A stretch of DNA of 61,700 nucleotides from Harriotta raleighana. Taxonomy: Eukaryota. Each line of letters begins with the position of its first letter. Within the stretch, counting starts at the first letter, position 1. The translations under genes were made by a program, and so were the position numbers. Where the stretch lies: NCBI GenBank assembly GCA_050575255.1, contig JBNZDD010013636.1:1267762-1329461 (forward strand), given 5' to 3'. This document shows, piece by piece, positions 60,960 through 61,700 of this stretch. The notes below the pieces were generated by a model. The model was not told where the DNA came from. It searched no databases and saw only the letters and a program-made list of their open reading frames with translations.

Positions 60960-61080
60960 CTGTCCTCTGGCCTGCTCCTGTAAGTTTCGAAGCCACTTCA
61001 AAATCCACCTCTTTGACAGGACTTTGTCGTCTTTCTTTTCCTGCTTTTTCAGCTCCCATTCTCCCCACTCCCTCGAGTTC
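60960..61080 (+). mobile_element. Old L2 3' fragment (a similar piece lies at 61580-61700)
   Basis: GCCACTTCAAAATCCACCTCTTTGACAGG corresponds to L2 xxLKTHLFD. Confidence 0.5.
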
Positions 61081-61700
61081 AGTTGATAATAAGTGACCAG
61101 TTTGGCCTTAATGTTAGTTGTTGGTGTGAATTATCATAACATAGGTTACATTTGATGGTTGGCCTCTGAAGTGAAACTAATGCCCCCGGACTTGGTACAG
61201 TGTACAATTGTTGGACTTGAAGTGGTCACTGTACTTGCTGTATTTACTAGCACCTGCCATTGTGGTTGCCAACATTGCTGCAATATTTGAATGTGATGAC
61301 ATAGAATACCACGATCACCCCCTGGGAAGAGTCTTTATTAAGAAATATTGTTTGACATTCCCACGTTTGAGACCTATTGACCTGTTAATGAACTGGAAAG
61401 CCCACATCAGGAGCCTTTTCATGGTAACACCACACTGCTAGAGGAGCACACCAGCATGATATTTATCAGCTCATCAGTCTGAATGAGCACCTCGGTTGCA
61501 GTGCTCGTAAAGTGTTCCAAAATTTTGATGACTGATCCATTAATAATAAAAACCTTTGTAAAAATATTTTTCAGTATTATGCTCTCTCCTCTAGCCTACT
61601 CCTGCAGACTTCTAGGCCACTTCAAAGCGTACCTATTTGGCGCGCTTTCAGTCATCTTTCCCTTGCCTCACACATGCTTTTTCAACTCCCTCCAATACCA

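Noticed and set aside
1-61700. Prokaryotic or viral systems (operons, CRISPR arrays, defence islands, endogenous virus)
   Set aside because: No ORF exceeds 165 aa, there is no regular repeat-spacer array, and the content is vertebrate SINE/LINE sequence.

Overview
Vertebrate nuclear DNA, AT-rich and CpG-poor. The repeats point to a cartilaginous fish, most likely a holocephalan (elephant shark or chimaera); this is inferred from recalled repeat families, not a database search. I cannot support any intact protein-coding gene, rRNA, true tRNA gene or CRISPR array, so the window reads as a large intron or intergenic region. It is packed with repeats: about 30 tRNA-headed Deu-domain SINE copies (a young ~300 bp family and an older, longer one), 5'-truncated CR1 and L2 LINE fragments, Tigger-like and hAT-Charlie-like non-autonomous DNA transposons, two Penelope-type ends, and two unclassified families (one a ~200-240 bp foldback). 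The ORFs I could assign are repeat-derived; the rest look like chance frames. Most notable: (i) at least 13 L2 tail-only insertions of ~35-75 bp, most starting at the base of the L2 3' hairpin, some with target-site duplications (TSDs); (ii) a duplicated ~58 nt unit bounded by box C/D-like motifs; (iii) a multi-layer nest at 16.3-18.4 kb; (iv) a hammerhead-like Penelope end fused to an L2 RT fragment. None of these is established as a new biological system; they are leads. Boundaries of old repeats are approximate (about +/-20 bp).
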